Positions 61,201 to 64,000 of a DNA stretch of 64,000 bases are shown one piece after another. The notes beneath the pieces are model-generated. The model searched no databases and was not told where the DNA came from. It was given only the letters and a program-made list of their open reading frames with translations. Position 1 is the first letter of the stretch. Each line of letters opens with the position of its first letter. The stretch comes from Centroscyllium fabricii (Eukaryota). The stretch covers positions 152,086,001-152,150,000 of the forward strand of contig JBNRSN020000014.1 in assembly GCA_051313645.2 (NCBI GenBank), given 5' to 3'. A program made the position numbers and the translations under genes.

Positions 61201-64000
61201 GATTGACTGAGGGATGATTGAATGAGAGAGGATTGACTGAGGGAGGATTGACTCAGAGAAGATTGACTGAGAGAGAACTGACTGAGAGACTATTAACTGA
61301 GTGAGGATTGACTGAGAGAGGATTGACTCAGAGAGGATTGACTGAGGGAGGATTGAATGAGAGAGGATTGACTGAGGGAGGATTGACTGAGGGAGAACTG
61401 ACTGAGGGAGAACTGACTGAGAGAGGATTGACTGAGAGAGGACTGACTGAGAGAGGACTGACTGAGAGATGATTGACTGAGGGAGGATTGACTGAGAGAA
61501 GATTGACTGAGGGAGGATTGATTGAGAGAGGATTGGCTGAAGGACGATTGACTGAGGGAGGACTGACTGATAGAGGACTGACTGATAGAGGATTGACTGA
61601 GAGAGGATTGATTGAGAGAGGATTGGCTGAGGGAGGATTGATTGAGTGAGGATTGACTGAGAGAGAATTGGCTGAGGGAGGATTGATTGAGAGAGGATTG
61701 ACTGAGAGAGGATTGACTGAGGGAGGATTGACTGAGGGAGTACTGACTGAGAGAGGATTGACTGAGAGAGGACTGACTGAGAGTGGACTGACTGAGAGGA
61801 TTGACTGAGGTAGGATTGACTGAGAGAGGATTGACTGAGAGAGGACTGACTGAGAGAGAACTGACTGAGAGAGGATTGACTGAGGGAGGACTGACTGAGA
61901 GAGAACTGACTGAGAGAGGACTGACTGAGAGAGGATTGACTGAGAGAGAACTGACTGAGGGAGGATTGATTGTGAGAGTATTGACTTAGGGAGGACTGAC
62001 TGAGAGAGAACTGACTGAGAGAGGACTGACTGAGAGATGATTGCCTGAGGGAGGATTGACTGAGAGAGGATTCACTGAGAGAGAACTGACTGAGAGAGGA
62101 TTGACTGAGAGAGGATTGACTGAGAGAGGATTGACTGAGAGAGGATTGACTGAGAGAGGATTGACTGAGAGAGGATTGACTGAGAGAGGATTGACTGAGG
62201 GAGGATTGACTGAGAGAGAACTGACTGAGAGAGGATTGATTGAGGGAGGATTGACTGAGAGACGATTGACTGAGGGAGGATTGACTGAGGGAGGATTGAC
62301 TGAGGGAGAACTGACTGAGAGAGGATTGACTGAGAGAGGATTGACTGAGAGGATTGACTGAGAGAGGATTGACTGAGAGAACTGACTGAGAGAGTATTGA
62401 CTGAGGGAGGATTGACTGAGAGAGGATTGACTGAGTGAGGATTGAATGAGAGAGAATTGACTGAGGGAGGATTGACTGAGAGAGGATTGACTGAGGGAGG
62501 ATTGACTGAGAGAGGATTGACTGAGAGAGAACTGACTGAGAGAGTATTGACTGAGGAAGGATTGACTGAGAGGATTGACTGAGAGAGGATTGACTGAGGG
62601 AGGATTGAATGAGAGAGGATTGACTGAGGGAGGATTGACTGAGAGAGGATTCACTGAGGGATGATTGACTGAGAGAGGATTGACTGAGAGAGAACTGACT
62701 GAGAGAGGATTGACTGAGAGAGGATTGACTGAGAGAGGACTGACTGAGAGAGGACTGGCTGAGAGAGAACTGACTGAGGGAGGATTGACTGAGAGAGGAT
62801 TGACTGAGAGAAAACTGACTGAGAGAGGATTGACTGAGAGAGGATTGACTGAGAGAGGACTGACTGAGAGAGGATTGACTGAGAGAGGACTGACTGAGGG
62901 AGGACTGACTGAGGGAGGACTGACTGAGAGAGAACTGACTGAGAGAGGATTGACTGAGGGAGAACTGACTGAGAGAGAACTGACTGAGAGAGAACTGACT
63001 GAGAGAGGATTGACTGAGAGAGAACTGACTGTGAGTGTACTGACTGAGAGAGGATTGACTGAGGGAGGATTGACTGAGGGAGGATTGACTGAGGGATGAT
63101 TGAATGAGAGAGGATTGACTGAGGGAGGATTGACTCAGAGAAGATTGACTGAGAGAGAACTGACTGAGAGACTATTAACTGAGTGAGGATTGACTGAGAG
63201 AGGATTGACTCAGAGAGGATTGACTGAGGGAGGATTGAATGAGAGAGGATTGACTGAGGGAGGATTGACTGAGGGAGAACTGACTGAGGGAGAACTGACT
63301 GAGAGAGGATTGACTGAGAGAGGACTGACTGAGAGAGGACTGACTGAGAGATGATTGACTGAGGGAGGATTGACTGAGAGAAGATTGACTGAGGGAGGAT
63401 TGATTGAGAGAGGATTGGCTGAAGGACGATTGACTGAGGGAGGACTGACTGATAGAGGACTGACTGATAGAGGATTGACTGAGAGAGGATTGATTGAGAG
63501 AGGATTGGCTGAGGGAGGATTGATTGAGTGAGGATTGACTGAGAGAGAATTGGCTGAGGGAGGATTGATTGAGAGAGGATTGACTGAGAGAGGATTGACT
63601 GAGGGAGGATTGACTGAGGGAGTACTGACTGAGAGAGGATTGACTGAGAGAGGACTGACTGAGAGTGGACTGACTGAGAGGATTGACTGAGGTAGGATTG
63701 ACTGAGAGAGGATTGACTGAGAGAGGACTGACTGAGAGAGAACTGACTGAGAGAGGATTGACTGAGGGAGGACTGACTGAGAGAGAACTGACTGAGAGAG
63801 GACTGACTGAGAGAGGATTGACTGAGAGAGAACTGACTGAGGGAGGATTGATTGTGAGAGTATTGACTTAGGGAGGACTGACTGAGAGAGAACTGACTGA
63901 GAGAGGACTGACTGAGAGATGATTGCCTGAGGGAGGATTGACTGAGAGAGGATTCACTGAGAGAGAACTGACTGAGAGAGGATTGACTGAGAGAGGATTG
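55218..64000 (+). repeat. 15-bp satellite array with 2926-bp and 1882-bp higher-order duplications; runs off the right window edge
   Basis: ORF-track pairs 57201/60127, 57632/60558, 58875/61801 and 59115/62041 (offset 2926); 57857/59739, 60783/62665 and 61801/63683 (offset 1882). Confidence 0.96.

Noticed and set aside
1-64000. CRISPR array or other prokaryotic repeat system
   Set aside because: Repeats are contiguous with no unique spacers, there are no cas genes, and the inserts are vertebrate-type retroelements.
1-64000. Immunoglobulin switch-like region (G-rich, strand-asymmetric tandem repeat)
   Set aside because: The monomer lacks AGCT/WGCW AID hotspots, and no Ig exons or recombination signal sequences are visible.

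Overview
Eukaryotic, non-genic window, most likely from a cartilaginous fish (inferred from the CR1 3' UTR). About 95% is one head-to-tail 15-bp satellite: consensus GAGAGAGGATTGACT, major variants GAGGGAGGATTGACT, GAGAGAGAACTGACT and GAGAGAGGACTGACT, plus 13-bp deletion variants. All monomers lie in one orientation, and the array is organised into nested higher-order duplications (offsets 945, 1004, 1605, 1821, 1882/2926, ~2300, 3630, 4500, 5863, ~11200 and ~40265 bp). Five non-satellite islands interrupt it: two diverged solo LTRs of one family (16505-17572 and 37643-38627, each TG...CA with its own perfect 5-bp TSD), a 5'-truncated CR1 LINE (44207-44799), and two apparently identical copies of a 328-bp RTE-X-like LINE 3' end (49027-49354 and 54890-55217) produced by array duplication. 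The [20 protein letters not shown] ORFs are translations of the satellite; no host gene is supported. The best lead is a possibly satellite-targeting LTR retrotransposon family in a centromere-like array, with an empty-site paralog of one insertion in the same window. All comparisons were made by eye; no database search was run.
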